A DNA stretch of 64,000 bases from Octopus vulgaris (Eukaryota). Each line of letters begins with the position of its first letter. Within the stretch, counting starts at the first letter, position 1. The stretch lies in NCBI GenBank assembly GCA_951406725.2, contig OX597833.1, positions 28,582,001 through 28,646,000 on the forward strand, read 5' to 3'. Positions 1 to 13,299 of this stretch are shown here, piece by piece. Below the pieces are notes generated by a model. It saw only the letters and a list, made by a program, of their open reading frames with translations, was not told the DNA's origin and did no database searches. The translations under genes and the position numbers were made by a program.

Positions 1-729
1 CTGAAGTTAACTTTTTAACCAAACAGCCATGCCTACACACACATAAATATGCAACAAAAATATTTTATGTTGGTGTTGATAGATAGAGGAACAAAAATCT
101 ATATGAAGTTCCAAATACAAAATATTTATTATCATTAACAAAACAATGTGTCATTGCGACAAACAACAGAAAAAAGATGTTTACACCAAGTGACGCAGTT
201 CAGCAATTTGTGCAGGATATGTATCAGTACTGACAGTTTACAGTAACAGTGGTTGAATAGTGTAACTGAAGTTAAGTGACATAAGTTCATGCAGCCATAG
301 GTCTTGGCTAGGCTGCAACCTCTGATGTTGTTGTCATATTCTGTAGCTGAGGTTGAGTGGTATAAGTTTGTGCAGCCATTGGTTTTGGTAGGGCTACAAC
401 CGCAGGCTAGTTGGCAGATAAACAAATCTATATATAGTCAAGGTCTGTCAAAGAAAAGGTACTAAAGACAAAATTGTTAATGACATACTGTTTCTGCCAG
501 AGGTTTGAGTGATCAGTTGTTTGCTGATGTCATAAATCTTTGGCAGAATCTTATCTGTGTTGTTTAGTTATCATACATCTGAATAAAAATGATAGTTTGA
601 TTTCTTGGTAATGAGTTGGTGCTTGGGGTTCTCATGGTAAATATCACAGTATTCTGTGTTCTAACACAACATCCACTATCAAGCGGGGGTAAATATTACC
701 TTTTCATGCATAAACACATATATGTATAC

Positions 730-761
<32 letters not shown>

Positions 762-790
762 TTGTGTGTAAATGTATATATGTGTGTATG

Positions 791-828
<38 letters not shown>

Positions 829-1019
829 TTTGTAAAAGACACCTGTACCAGTGACACCTAAAAGACTCCAAGTACACTCTATAAAGAGGCTGGCATTAAG
901 AAGAGCATCCTGCTGTAGAAAACTAGCCAAAACAGATGACCATTTAAGTCATAGCAGCATGGTAAACGGACCTTAAAAGAGGATGATACAGACACACACA
1001 CACAACTTTTAATTATTCT

Positions 1020-1220
1020 TTCTGCTATAGGCATAAGGCCTGAAATATTGGGAGAGGGGGCAAGTCAATGACATCAACCCCAGTGCCCAACTGGTACTTA
1101 ATTTATAGAGCCCAAAAGAATGAAAGGCAGAGTCAACCTCAGCAGAATTTGAACTCAGAATGTAAAGACAGACAAAATACTGCTAAGCATTTTGCCTGGC
1201 ATGCTAACATTTCTGCCAGC
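1020..1220 (-). mobile_element. SINE copy (GGCGAGCTGGCAGAA-head family), reverse orientation
   Basis: Reverse complement matches the dispersed repeat at 5666-5890 and 58910-59124 (gctggcagaa...ttctgagttcaaattc...gactctgcctttcat...aagtaccagtt...ctgggg). Confidence 0.75.
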
Positions 1221-2479
1221 TTTCTACCTTAAACAAATGAAATATCATAGGTACAATGGGGTGCTTATATATGAACAAATCTTGAAATGAAGAAATTGAA
1301 TAAAGAAGGGTTTGTCTGAAGAAAATTGGTGCCACATGAAAGTAGTCATTCAAGTGCCAGGTAAAAGTGCCCATGCCAGTGGCACATAAAAGCACCTATC
1401 CCAGTGTCACTTAGAAGTGCCCATGCAGGTTATGTGGGTGTCAAATAAAAGTGCCTGTGCTAGTGTCATGTAAAAGTGCCTGAACAGGTGCCATGTAAAA
1501 GCATCCAGTACACCATAAAGTTTGGCATTAGGAAGGTCATCCAGATGTAGAAACCATGCCAAAGCAGACAAATTTCATTGCCTTTCATTTGTGTGTATGT
1601 GTATCTATGTGCATGCACAAGTGTGTATTAGTGTGCATGTGTGTGTGTGTGTCACTATTGAAGTCGTTCATGCAACTTGTTTGTGTGTATTGACTTAGTG
1701 GTATAGAATTTTTGGAAACTGTATATAAGGTGCAAGTTTTGAGTACTTGTCAGTAACTTTTTCACATCGTTTTCTAATAGTAATTACCCAACTTTCTAGG
1801 CTTTTCTCACAGCTATCCTGCATTCAAAAATTATACAGGTATTTAAAAAAATTCTCATTCAATAAATAATGTTTTTACATTATGTATACATTGATAAAAT
1901 AAACTGTCGGTTTTCCAAATAGTGAATTAAAACTTAAAAGACAAAGTGAGAGACTTTGCAAATGGAAATGGAATACTCTGCAGTGAATGCAATGAATATT
2001 TAAATTTGCTAGAAACTGGAGTTAAAAAAATTCAATAAACTTGAGAATTCAAAATTATAGGAAATTTCTTAGAATATTTCCAGATGGTCAACCCTTTAAT
2101 AATTGCTTTCTTTTAGTAATTGTTTCATACCTAATTGATAAGCAGTATTCTCCATTATAATATTATATATATGTATGTATGTATTTATGTATGTAAGCAT
2201 GCATGCCTGTACATATACAATTATGTGTTTGCTATTGATGAATGAAGAAATAAAATATCATATCATGCCTTTATGTGGAGTTTGGATATGGCTTGAAAAG
2301 GGCTACCTCTATTTTTAAGTATTTCAATTACTCATGTAACAAACAATTTGGTCAATGAACAGAGCTCTGAAACAGTTGCATTCATATATAGAGACCCTGC
2401 TGTATGTGTATATTCTTATAATGGCAAGAAAAAAACCCATCTAAGGGCAGTTTTTCAGCTAGTATCATATATTTTATTT

Positions 2480-2865
2480 TTTAGTTGTTTCAGTCCTTAG
2501 GCTGTACCCATGCTGGAGCACCATCTTGAAGAGTTTACTGACCCCAGTACTTATTATTTTTTGTAAAGCCTGGTACTTATTCTAACGGTTTCTTTTGCCG
2601 AAGCACTATGTTACTAGGATGAAAACACACCAACACCAGTTATCAAGCAGTGGTGGAGGACAAACACTGACACAGACACACACCCAAACAGATGTATGCA
2701 TATGTATATATATATATTTATGTATACATATGACAGGCTTTTTTCAGTTTCTGTCTACCAAATCCACTATTATGCTATTGTAGAAGACACTTCACCAAGG
2801 TGCCATGCAGTGTGACTGAACCAGAAACCATATGGTTGTGAAACAAACTTCTCACCACACAGCCA
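2480..2865. mobile_element. Dispersed SINE-like repeat (ccatgctggagcacc...ccccagtacttat...ggtacttattcta family), joined to a second repeat
   Basis: Same blocks recur at about 55915-56165 and 60650-60810, and inverted at about 62150-62370 and 49840-50040. Confidence 0.6.
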
Positions 2866-2891
2866 CATTTGCATCTATGCATATGTAACAT

Positions 2892-4594
2892 TTATCTGGT
2901 GGTCAATGAGGAAACTAGGGATAGATGAATGGTTATTGAGAGCTGTGCGAGCCATGTACAGAGACGCTGCAAGTAAGGTGAGGGTTAGCAACGAGTACAG
3001 TGAAGAATTCCGGGTAGAGGTTGGGGTCCACCAAGGTTCAGTCCTCAGTCCCCTCCTATTTATCATAGTCCTCCAGGCAATAACGTAGGAATTCAAGACA
3101 GGATGCCCCTGGGAGCTCCTCTATGCTAATGACCTTGCTCTAATTGCTGAGTCACTATCAGAACTGGAGGAGAAGTTTCAGGTGTGGAAGCAAGGATTAG
3201 AATTGAAGGGCCTTAAAATCAACCTAGCCAAAACCAAAGTCCTAATAAGTAGGAAGGTAGACCAATCACAAACGCCTTCAGGTAGATGGCCCTGCTCAAT
3301 CTGTAGAAAAGGTGTAGGTAGAAACTCTATAAGGTGCACCAAGTGTAAGCTATGGACACATAAGAGGTGCAGCAATGTCAAAGGAAGGCTAACTAGGAAA
3401 ATAGTTTTTGTCTGTGGCAGATGCTCAGGAGCAATAAACACTGAAAATGTGCAGAGACCAACTTCTACCACGTTCCAGGGAGAAAAACTAGAAGTAGTTG
3501 ATAGCTTCCGCTACCTAGGTGACCATGTCAGTAGTGGGGATGGGGTACTGCTAGAGTAAGAATAGCCTGGGCAAAGTTCAGAGAGCTCTTACCTCTGCTG
3601 GTGACAAAAGGCCTCTCGCTCAGAGTAAAAGGCAGACTGTATGATGCATGTGTACGAATAGCCATGCTACATGGTAGTGAAACATGGGCTGTGACTGCTG
3701 AGGACATGTGTAAGCTCACAAGAAATGAAGCCAGTATGCTCCGATGGATGTGTAATGTCAGTGTTCATAATCGACAGAGTGTAAGTACCTTGGGAGAAAA
3801 GTTGGACCTAAGAAGCATCAGTTGTGGTGTGCAAGAGAGACGTTTGCGCTGGTATGGTCATGTCACGAGAATGGCTGAAGATAGTTGTGTGCAAAAGTGC
3901 CATACCCTAGCGGTTGAGAGAACCTGCGGAAGCGGTAGACCCAGGAAAACCTGGGACGAGTTGGTGAAGCATGACCTTCGAACTTTAGGTCTCACCAAGG
4001 AAATGACTAGAGACCGAGACCTATGGAAGTATGCTGTGCGTGAGAAGACCCGGCAAGACTAGTGAGACCATAACCCGTGGCCTCTACCTGGTATGTAGCC
4101 AGTCGACTTATACATACCTTTCCTTCTTGGGACACAAAACTCCACTTGTGAAGACCCATTGAGGCAAGTGAAATCAAAATCAAAATCAAGATCAAACCAA
4201 ATCAAATCAGATATCAGAAAGCAGAACCAAAATCAAAGTTGATCAACATCAATGGAAATTGCAGCTGTGATACCAGTGCCGGTGACAAGTAAGCGAACCA
4301 TCCGATCGTGGCCGTTGCCAGCGCCGCCCCGATTGGCCTCCATGCCAGTGGCATGTAAAAAGCAACATCTGTCCGTGGCCGTTTGCCAGCTCCGTCTGGC
4401 ACCTGTGCGGGTGGCATGTAAAAAGCACCCACTACACTCACGGAGTGGTTGGCATTACGAAGGGCATCCAGCCGTAGAAACACTGCCAGATCAGACTGGG
4501 CCTGATGCAGCCTTCTGGCTTCACAGACCCCAGTTGAACCATCCAACCCATGCTAGCATGGAAAGCGGACGCTAAATGATGATGATGATGATGA
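2892..4594 (+). mobile_element. 5'-truncated, disrupted RTE-clade LINE (RT and C-terminal region) with 3' UTR ending in (GAT)n
   Basis: ORFs 2906-3088 (GVHQGSVLSPLLF), LLYANDL at about 3115-3135 (YADD variant), 3182-3559 (GLKINLAKTK, FRYLG) and 3601-4062 (LHGSETW, RLRWYGHV, GRPRKTW). Stops and frameshifts separate them; microsatellite tail at 4577-4594. Confidence 0.9.
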
Positions 4595-4618
4595 TATATA
4601 TATATATATATATATATA

Positions 4619-5008
4619 CTAGCAGTATCGCCCTGCGTTGCTTGGGTTTATTTCGACCCGCTGGAATTGGAATTTTGAAAAGTAAAAAATTTTGCATTAT
4701 GTAGCTTGTTATTCTCTTGAAGTGAACATTTTTCTGGTTGAAATACACCGAAAAGTGGTGACACAGCAGTGAAAAAATCGTAAAAAATAGGAATTTTCAT
4801 AGAAAAAAGCACCTTTTTGATGTAAATAATTTTTGGTGTTAGCATGGTCAGATTTGAATTTTATTTTCTACGGAAGGAAGAGCAACCCTTCTTCTATCAT
4901 ACTCTCAATTTTGGTCAACTTGTGCCGCAGGGTCTCGGAGGAGATAGTGTTAGTTGAAGGTTACCAAACCTGGCGCACACAGACAACTTCAGCTTTATAT
5001 AGAGAGAG
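4619..5008 (-). mobile_element. Non-autonomous Helitron-like element
   Basis: On the minus strand it starts TCTCTCTATATAAAG and ends with a GC-rich hairpin (CCCAAGCAACGCAGGG) shortly before CTAG|T, the typical Helitron termini. Confidence 0.55.
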
Positions 5009-5665
5009 ATAACACACACACATTAATACACATACACACACACACACATGTATGTATGGATGTATGTATATATGTACATCTGTCCACTTCTTGCCATATT
5101 TTTATCCTTCACTTCCTACACACACACACACACACACACACCTTCTTAGCTTACAATTTGTTTCTTTCAACAATTGACAACTGAAGTATGCTTGCAAATT
5201 AATACTACGAAAACTTAGCGACAGAAAGTAAATTAAAAACCAATTTTAATTTATAAAATATAGAATGGAATGTACTTCGAAAAATCATAGGTAAATTCCA
5301 ATTGAAGAAATTGTGTGAGGAGTAAATTGTTATGTATTTATTTGTTTCTGCTTCCTGTGTATTTTTTTGAGTAGTGGTTGAAGGTACACTTGGAAAGAGA
5401 AAGTAGGAGAAAGTGTGGTAATAGAAGGAGTGAAGCAGTTGAAATTAGAGAGGCAAATCGTAAAATATTTAGTTTTCTCGAATTTTTGCTTAATTGGGGG
5501 GTCAAATTGAAAAAACTTTATATGCCATGACCCAATCGAATCTACTTTGAAAAATCATATGGAAATTCCAATTGAAGAAATTCTATATTGTACAATTGTA
5601 TTAAAAACAAACTATGTGGGAGGCAGAGAAAATCTGCCTTTTATCATAAGAGATATATATATATA

Positions 5666-5890
5666 GGTGAGCTGGCAGAAACATTAGCATGCCGGGAGAA
5701 ATGCGCAGCCGTATTTCGTCTGCCGTTACGTTCTGAGTTCAAATTCTGCCGAGGTCAACTTTGCTTTTCATCCTTTTGGGGTCGATAAATTAAGTACCAG
5801 TTACGCACTGGGGTCAATGTAATTGACTTAATCCGTTTGTCTGTCCTTGTTTGTCCCCTCTGTGTTTAGCCCCTTGTGGGTATTAAAGAA
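5666..5890 (+). mobile_element. SINE copy (GGCGAGCTGGCAGAA-head family)
   Basis: B-box-like GAGTTCAAATTC; related to copies at 7540-7760 (-), 58910-59124 (+) and 57290-57435 (+). Confidence 0.8.
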
Positions 5891-5909
5891 ATATATATAT
5901 ATATATATG

Positions 5910-6250
5910 TGGCATGCAGTAAGCACCATTCATGCACGGGACATTGCCAGTGCTGCCTGACTGGCTCCTCGTGCCAGTGGTATGTAAAAAGCACCATCCG
6001 AATGTGGTCGATGCCAGTCCCCTACCCTGACTGGCTCTTGTGCCAGTAGCACAAAAAAGCACCATCCAAACATGGCCAATGCCAGTGCTGCCTGACTGGC
6101 TCCCATGCTGGTGGTACGTAAAAAGCAGCCACTACACTTTTGGAGTGGTTGGCGTTAGGAAGGGCATCCAGCTGTAGAAATATTGCCAGATCAGATCGGA
6201 GCCTGGTGCAGCCTCCTGGCTTGCCAGTCCCCAGTCAAACTGTCCAAAAT
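5910..6250 (+). mobile_element. RTE 3'-tail-derived repeat with internal tandem units of about 60-70 bp
   Basis: Repeated gccagtg...gtaaaaagcacc units, then cactacact...ggagtggttggcgttaggaagggcatccagctgtagaaa as in 4420-4480. Similar copies at about 840-990, 1370-1570 and 21650-21810. Confidence 0.7.
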
Positions 6251-6367
6251 GACGAAATATCAATGTTTATTGCTCCTGAATGGGACTAGATGTGAGTTAT
6301 CTCACTTGTCTATGACTTCCAGGTGATTTGACAACAGGCAAATTGATGAGAATATATTCTCTTATGT

Positions 6368-6605
6368 GGAGGCGTGTGGCTTACTGGTTAGGGTGACAAT
6401 CGTAAGATTGTGGTTTCGATTCCTGGACTGGGTGACGCGTTGTGTTCTTGAGCAAAACACTTCATTTCATGTTACTCCAGTCCACTCAGCTGGCAAAAAT
6501 GAGTAACGCTGCAATGGACTGGTGTCCCATCCAGCTGGGGAACATATATGCCATTGAAACCAGGAAACTGGGCCCATGAGGCTGGCTAGGCTTTAAAAGG
6601 GTGCA
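6368..6605 (+). mobile_element. tRNA-derived SINE
   Basis: Head ggaggcgtgtggcttactggttaggg (A box) ... ggtttcgattcc (B box), then ttgtgttcttgagcaaaacactt; recurs at 7861-8100 and 58005-58335. Confidence 0.75.
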
Positions 6606-7539
6606 TTTATTTTTTCATTATATTCTCTTACACATATAAGTACAGCCTACCCACAAACTAGCAAAACCTTGTGTAAGTATGTTTGATGTTTATTTCCCTC
6701 AAGTTGCTTCTCATCATATTTGAACAATATATCATTGCTATTATGTTAAACTGTTGTTTGTTCAAATTTGGCCAAATGCATTTTTTAATATTTATTTTTG
6801 CTTGCAATAGCTGGTTCTTTTGGTCAAACTATCGTACCTCCAGTGCTTCAGATAAGATATCAAAGTGTAGTACAATGGTTTTGCTATAGAATGGCAAAAC
6901 TATTTTTTTTGTTTTCCGAAAAAGCAACGTTTTGGACTTACGACACTTTTGCATAATAGCAACAATATAATATTTTACACACACACACATAATTACTAAA
7001 TTTGTTAATATATGCTCCTAAAAGTATTAATAATAATTAAAATTACAAATTCTCTTATTAAGTTTGTGTAATAAAGAAGTTAGTATAATAGATTCTAAAG
7101 ATAGAGTCCATTTTTGTAAACCCTTTACTCCCAACCTCTCTCCTTTACCACCACCATTTCTATTTAAACATACATGACTTGTTTTCCTCGGTATCTAATT
7201 ATGTCCTCCACCTTGCCTGTTTGTATGAATATATTTTGGTGACACTCCTGCGATCGTATACTTGTATGCATGCAATGTTATGAGCGCTGATTACATCTAA
7301 GTGTGTTCCTCTGTGTGTGTGTGGACTATGTATTTTTCATTTATTGAATGCCATGCTTTTAAGAGTAAGTTTTTATACATTTTTTGCCGCTCTATCTTTC
7401 TTTCTTTTTTTCTCTCGCATCCTAATAGGCTTTTGTACCATCCCTACTTCCTCTCTCCCTCACTCTTGTCTTTCCACATTTAATTCAATAAACTTTCTCC
7501 CTTCCTTCCCCTGTTCTCTCATCCTCCTTCCCTTCTTAT

Positions 7540-7760
7540 TTCTTTACTGCTCACTAGGGGCTACACAGAGGGGACAAATAAGGACAGACAAACGGATTAA
7601 GTTGATTACATCAACCCCAGTGCGTAACTGGTACTTATTTAATTGCCCCGAAAGGATTAAAAGGCAAAGTCAACCATGGCGGAATTTGAACTCAGAACGT
7701 AACGGCAGATGAAATACCGCTAAGTATTTCGCCCGGCGTGTTCTGCCAGCTCGCCACCTT
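7540..7760 (-). mobile_element. SINE copy (GGCGAGCTGGCAGAA-head family)
   Basis: Reverse complement of 5666-5890. Confidence 0.8.
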
Positions 7761-7860
7761 ACCCCACCTGTCGGATAGGTTGTACCTGTAAATAAAACAT
7801 ATAAAAGGTTTAGCTCTATCACAGAGTATCACACTAATTTGACCTGAGAATTAACTTAAG

Positions 7861-8100
7861 TGGAGATGTATGGCTTAGTCGTTAAGGTGTTGGATTCATG
7901 ATCATAAAATTGTGGTTTCGATTCCTGGACTGGGCAGAGTGTTGTGTTGTTGAGCAAAACACTTCATTTCATGTTGCTGCAGTCCACTCAGCTGGCAAGC
8001 GATGGACTGGCATCCCGTCTAGGGATGGGGTGGGAAGTATATATGCCATAGAAACCAGAAAACTGGCCCTATGAGAGTCTGTGTGGCTTGTAAGAAGCTT
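7861..8100 (+). mobile_element. tRNA-derived SINE
   Basis: Same A/B-box head and body as 6368-6605. Confidence 0.7.
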
Positions 8101-8191
8101 AGACGTATCTCTGGAATACTCAACCCTTAATCGTTTGACAGAATATGTAATGGTTGGAAATTGTTTTCGGTTCCTATGTAGTCCATGAATA

Positions 8192-8757
8192 TATTGAGTT
8201 GTCCAGAAAGTTTGTGTCAATTTATAGTAGCTTACCTTTTGACTTAATTTCGAACATGGTTGAGTCCATAAAATAGGATTTGACTACACCTCCATTTAGA
8301 GCACAGTTTAAGCTATCTTTTCGTGGAAGATTTATGTTCCTATAACCTGTGTTAATTCTCTATCCTTTTAAAATGGAAGATAGAAAGTTCATTTTCGGCA
8401 CTTGATGCTTTGGGAACAAGACAAAAATTGCTGCAACTCGACTGGGATGTGTTACCCAAACCTCCATATTCACCAGATATTGCTCCTTCGGATTTCCACT
8501 TATTCAGGTCTCTGCAGGATAGTCTTAATGGTAAAAATTTCAATTCTTTGGATGACGTAAAAAGATACCTTGATGAATTCTTTGCCATGAAACCACCTCA
8601 ATTCTGGGAAGAGGGTATTTTCAAGTTAAAGGAAAGATGGAGACGCATTATGCAACAAAATGGTAAATATTTGGTTGATTAAAAATGTAATGGCAAGTAT
8701 TTATTGACCTTTTGCATTCCTTTAAAAATTGGCATGAACTTTCCGGACAACCCAATA
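8192..8757 (+). mobile_element. Internally deleted mariner (DD34D-type) transposon with both TIRs
   Basis: TIRs tattgagttgtccagaaagtttgtgtcaattt / aaattggcatgaactttccggacaacccaata, flanked by TA. ORF 8410-8682 encodes the transposase C-terminus (WDVLPKPPYSPDIAPSDFHLFRSL). Confidence 0.9.
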
Positions 8758-9016
8758 CATAAACCCCCTCTGGGTCATTCCATCCATGACTTGGCGGGAC
8801 ATCGCAGATGTAACAGCCAGGTGGTGGGAGGCTGCACTGGCTGAGCAAACTTGAGCAATGTGAAATCATGTACTTTGTTTAAAGGATGTGTTGCCTGGTC
8901 TAGGTATCGAACACACAAATTGTATGATTCTAAGTCCAATATTCTCATCACTGCTGTATATAAATATATAGGTTTGGTAATGTATGTCTTTACACATATC
9001 TGTGATGCTTTATTTG

Positions 9017-11184
9017 GGTTAATGTTGACATCATAATCAGGAAACGAGATTGAAAAAAATAATGCAACGGGTGTTAAAAAAAGTGTAGGAAATGAATATG
9101 AAAACAAAAATGCCTGGAAGCAACAGGGGTGGGGAGTGGTCTTCGGAAAATTCACAAGGTCCGATGTTTTTCCCCGCATAACTTTTAGGAAAATAGGTTT
9201 CTTTAATGAAATTTTATATAAACACCTTTCAAATAGTATAGATTATGATTATAAAGAAATTTGTGGGGAAAAGTTTTTCCGAGGGGGTGAAGAGAGGACT
9301 TTGGAAAATTCCCAAGATCTGATGTTTTTCCCTCGTAACTTTGAGGAAAATATAATCCTCTTGAAATCACAAATTAGGCTTTTCCTCAGGAACTTGGATG
9401 CTAAACATCCCTTTAAAGAGTTCGGGTCCTCACTTCTACTATATATATATATATAATGTTTTATTTTAAAAACCAAAGGAAATAACCCTTTTGCTCTTGG
9501 AAGGGATCCTTATATATAGCCAAGGGAAATTACTCATTCATTTTCCAAAATTATTTGGTAAAAATGAAATTGAATATGCTTATTTCTTAGTATTTAAATG
9601 GTTAGTGTTATTTTTGCAATTTATCCAGTACAACCCTTAAACAAGTAAATAGTAATTTTCTAAACAATAGATCCACTTATTTCGGTTAGTGACATATTCA
9701 CGAATATACCAACACTAGTGCCCCCGAGGGTAATATTCTCTGAGAACACACAAAAGCTCTTTTCAGAGTTATTTACTTTGAGTTGTTATTATCTCATATC
9801 TGATTAGCCTGTTATGACATAATATGCTTCATGATTTTAGTATACATACCTTATTAGTATTTCCTCTTATGTTCTATATACTCTGGGAACGCATTAAAGC
9901 CCTTTTTGAGGCTACTTTATTTGAATTCTTGCTATCAGGTAACTAATTTCATGTTATTACACAACTAACTTCACAATTTGTGCATTCATAACTTATTGGG
10001 AATTCCAGAAAACAAGATCCTGTGTAAAACAGTTCAGTATTCTCTGTAAATGCCCAAAAATCGTTTTTTGTTGTTATTGGATTAGTGAAACAATTATGAG
10101 AACGGAACCAAGGGATAAGCCCCACTTTCCCAAGAATTACTGGGTACGTCAGCTAGTATATATATATGCACACACACATATATATGAAATCACTCACTCG
10201 CTACACAAAGTATATTACATGAAAGATGTGTCTCTCTCTCCCTCTCTCCACACAAAATTGAAATGTATTAGTTTACCCGATTAAAATTTTGGCATGAAAA
10301 ATTGCTAAAGGAAAGTGAAAACATTGGATACCATTTGAAAACTAGTAATTTTTAAGGGGTATGTAAAAGATATTTTGTTTTGTTATAATACTTTGTTTCA
10401 CACACACACACAAACACTAACATGGTTTTTATAAGGATTTTGTATCTCTCTCCCCTGTCCAGACTTTGTTACCACTAATTTTTATAAAGGTGCACTTGTA
10501 AAAATTTAAAGAAATTTTAAAGAAAGAAACAACCCCCGTTTTCCAGACAAAAGTGTTTTGTGGAATATTAGGTCACTGTAATTCATTCATCGGAAAAAGA
10601 AAAATATTTTCCAATAATTTTAGCCCCCCCCCCACTTTTCCCAAAGAAAAATAAGTGGTTTGCAGCACATTAGACATCCATAATGCATGCCCTTTAAAAG
10701 GTATTTATATACAATTTCATTAATTGTATATCCATTTTCCTGAAAGTTATGAGGGAAAAACTTGGATCTTGAGAATCTTGTGAATTTTCTGAAGTCCTCT
10801 CCCCACTCCGTTGCTTTCGTTTTCAGATTCGTTTCCTACGTGGGTGTGAAGTAGAAAGATCCGTTTTCCTCAAAGTTACGAAGGAAAAACGTCGGATCTT
10901 GTGAATTTTCCGAAATCTTCTCCCCACAAATTTATTCATAATTATAATCTATACCGTTTGAAAGGTATTTATATAAAATTTTATCGAAAAAGGAACATTT
11001 TCCTAAAAGTTATGCTGGGAAAAACATCGGATCTTGTGAATTTTCCGAAGGCCTCTCCCCATCCCCCTTTGCTTTCCGGGCATTTTTGTTTTCATATTCA
11101 TTTCCTACACCTTTTTTTTTCTTTTACACCCGTTGCATTATTTTTTTTCGATTTCGTTTCCGGGTAATAATGTCAACATTAACC
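9017..11184. mobile_element. Non-autonomous DNA element with long TIRs (about 330 bp) carrying internal sub-repeats; 4-bp TSD TTTG
   Basis: 9017-~9350 is the reverse complement of ~10860-11184 (ggttaatgttgaca...tgtcaacattaacc). TTTG lies at 9013-9016 and 11185-11188. No coding capacity seen. Confidence 0.8.
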
Positions 11185-11329
11185 TTTGTTTTAATTGTTC
11201 TTCCATAGACATGTTTTATAGCCGTATGCATTCACAAATACATGCATGCGTGGATACTTCAGTGTTTATCTGCCCATGATTTCGTATCAGAATAAGCGTT
11301 TCACTGTTCCTATCTCTTCCTCTCATCAA

Positions 11330-11470
11330 ATTTGAAATCGGTTAGCGTTCCCTTTATTTTTCCCGTCTCTCTGGTCGTTGCCATTTCCTCCTCCTATATC
11401 TCCCATTCTCTCTCTCTCTCTCCGGCCGTTGCCACTTCCTGCCATTCCTTCTCTCTCTCTATATCCCCCA
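11330..11470. promoter_or_regulatory. Possible promoter element: CT-rich tract with duplicated ggYcgttgccaYttcct motif
   Basis: Two copies (about 11373 and 11424) containing GCCAT (YY1-like) or CACTTCCT (ETS-like) cores, 1.6 kb upstream of the hnRNP ATG. Confidence 0.3.
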
Positions 11471-12975
11471 GTTTGTATATATATTTTGTACACCTTTTGA
11501 CATTTCTTTGCGATGAATACTTTTGTCCCGAAATTAATAGACTTTTCTTCGTCCTCGCGACATAAAATGTATTTCACTCTGTGAATTATTTCTTTTAAAA
11601 AGACTGAGTCAAAAGTGAAAAATAAAACATGTATAAAAGAAAGGGAGTACACGGCAGAACACGAGTGAACGATATTGAGTGTGGAAGAGGAGAAAGTAAT
11701 AAAGGGAATTTTTTTGTTTTTTAAATTTCATGCAAAATACTATCTCCAATTACAAAGAAATCGATAGCTCGAAACATTTGGTAAATACCGAAGAGCTAAA
11801 AAAAGCGCGGACGTTTATTTTCAAACACGAAATCTTAAAAATTCGTAATGTGTCTGAATTCTTTACATTGGCAGCATTGCCTCATATAATAATGGCGAGT
11901 GGAATTTTTTTTACGCAGATCCATGTGTTCTTGCAAAATTTTTACTATTATTCTAGTCTCGCTTTGAGTGGATAGTTTATTTGAAAAATAGGTAATTTAC
12001 GGGGATTTTGTAGACTGATTCGTTCTAAGTACATTAAAAACACTTGGGAAAAAATACATTTCACCTTCGAAAAGAGACGTGTGAAATAGAAATTTACATT
12101 GGTTAAGGAGGAGGAGGAAAGTGCGACCAATGTCTCCCATAAGAATTCCATTCAAATTTAGGATATACAGGAGTATTAAATTGATTCCTGTTCTTGACTG
12201 AAATTTTATTTTATCAACTCAGGTGGAAAGTTGACCTGGGTAGAATTTGAATTTAGGAAGTAAAGATCCAAGGCCGTAACCGAATACCGTAAGATTTTGT
12301 CCAACGATTTAACAATTCTGTCAATCCAGGTCCTCTGTGGTAATCATTTCTATCAAATTCTCATTTATTTCGACCATAACAGATTATAGTACATTAAGCT
12401 GTATAAACAGAGAAAACAGAAATTAAAACATTTATAGTTGTGGGTAGGTGGAAAATGCCAGAAATTGGCATTGGTTCTTACAGCTGAAACATCGGCAGAT
12501 TAATAATTTAATAAATAAATCAAATAGAAAACATTTCATGCCGTGAAGAAGAAATAGTCTACCGTTTCGAGCAGAACTCTTGCACGGAGAAAGACGAAAT
12601 GTTAATTGGTGTTAAAGGAGAGTGGAGACGAGAACTACGTAAGATCTAAAATCGGAATAGCGAGCAAATAAGGAAAGAAATTTAATAAAACCTAGACAGG
12701 AGAATGAGCGAAGAATGGATGAGTAGAACTCAGAGTTGGAATGAGGAAAAGGAAGAGGTTATGAGTATGAGTAGCGTTTGTGCAAGAAGGGTATAACATA
12801 AAATCTAGAGAAGGAATACAAATAAGGTGGAGGTAAAAAAAGAAATCTTGAGTAAGAATAAGGGTGTGTGAGGAGTAGATAAAGTTAAATTGAGGCGTAG
12901 AAGTAGTGTGAGTGTGAGGAGAAGGCGAATTGAAATGTATAGTAGGAATAGAGAGGAAGTGAAGAAAGGGAGTGA

Positions 12976-13299
<324 letters not shown>

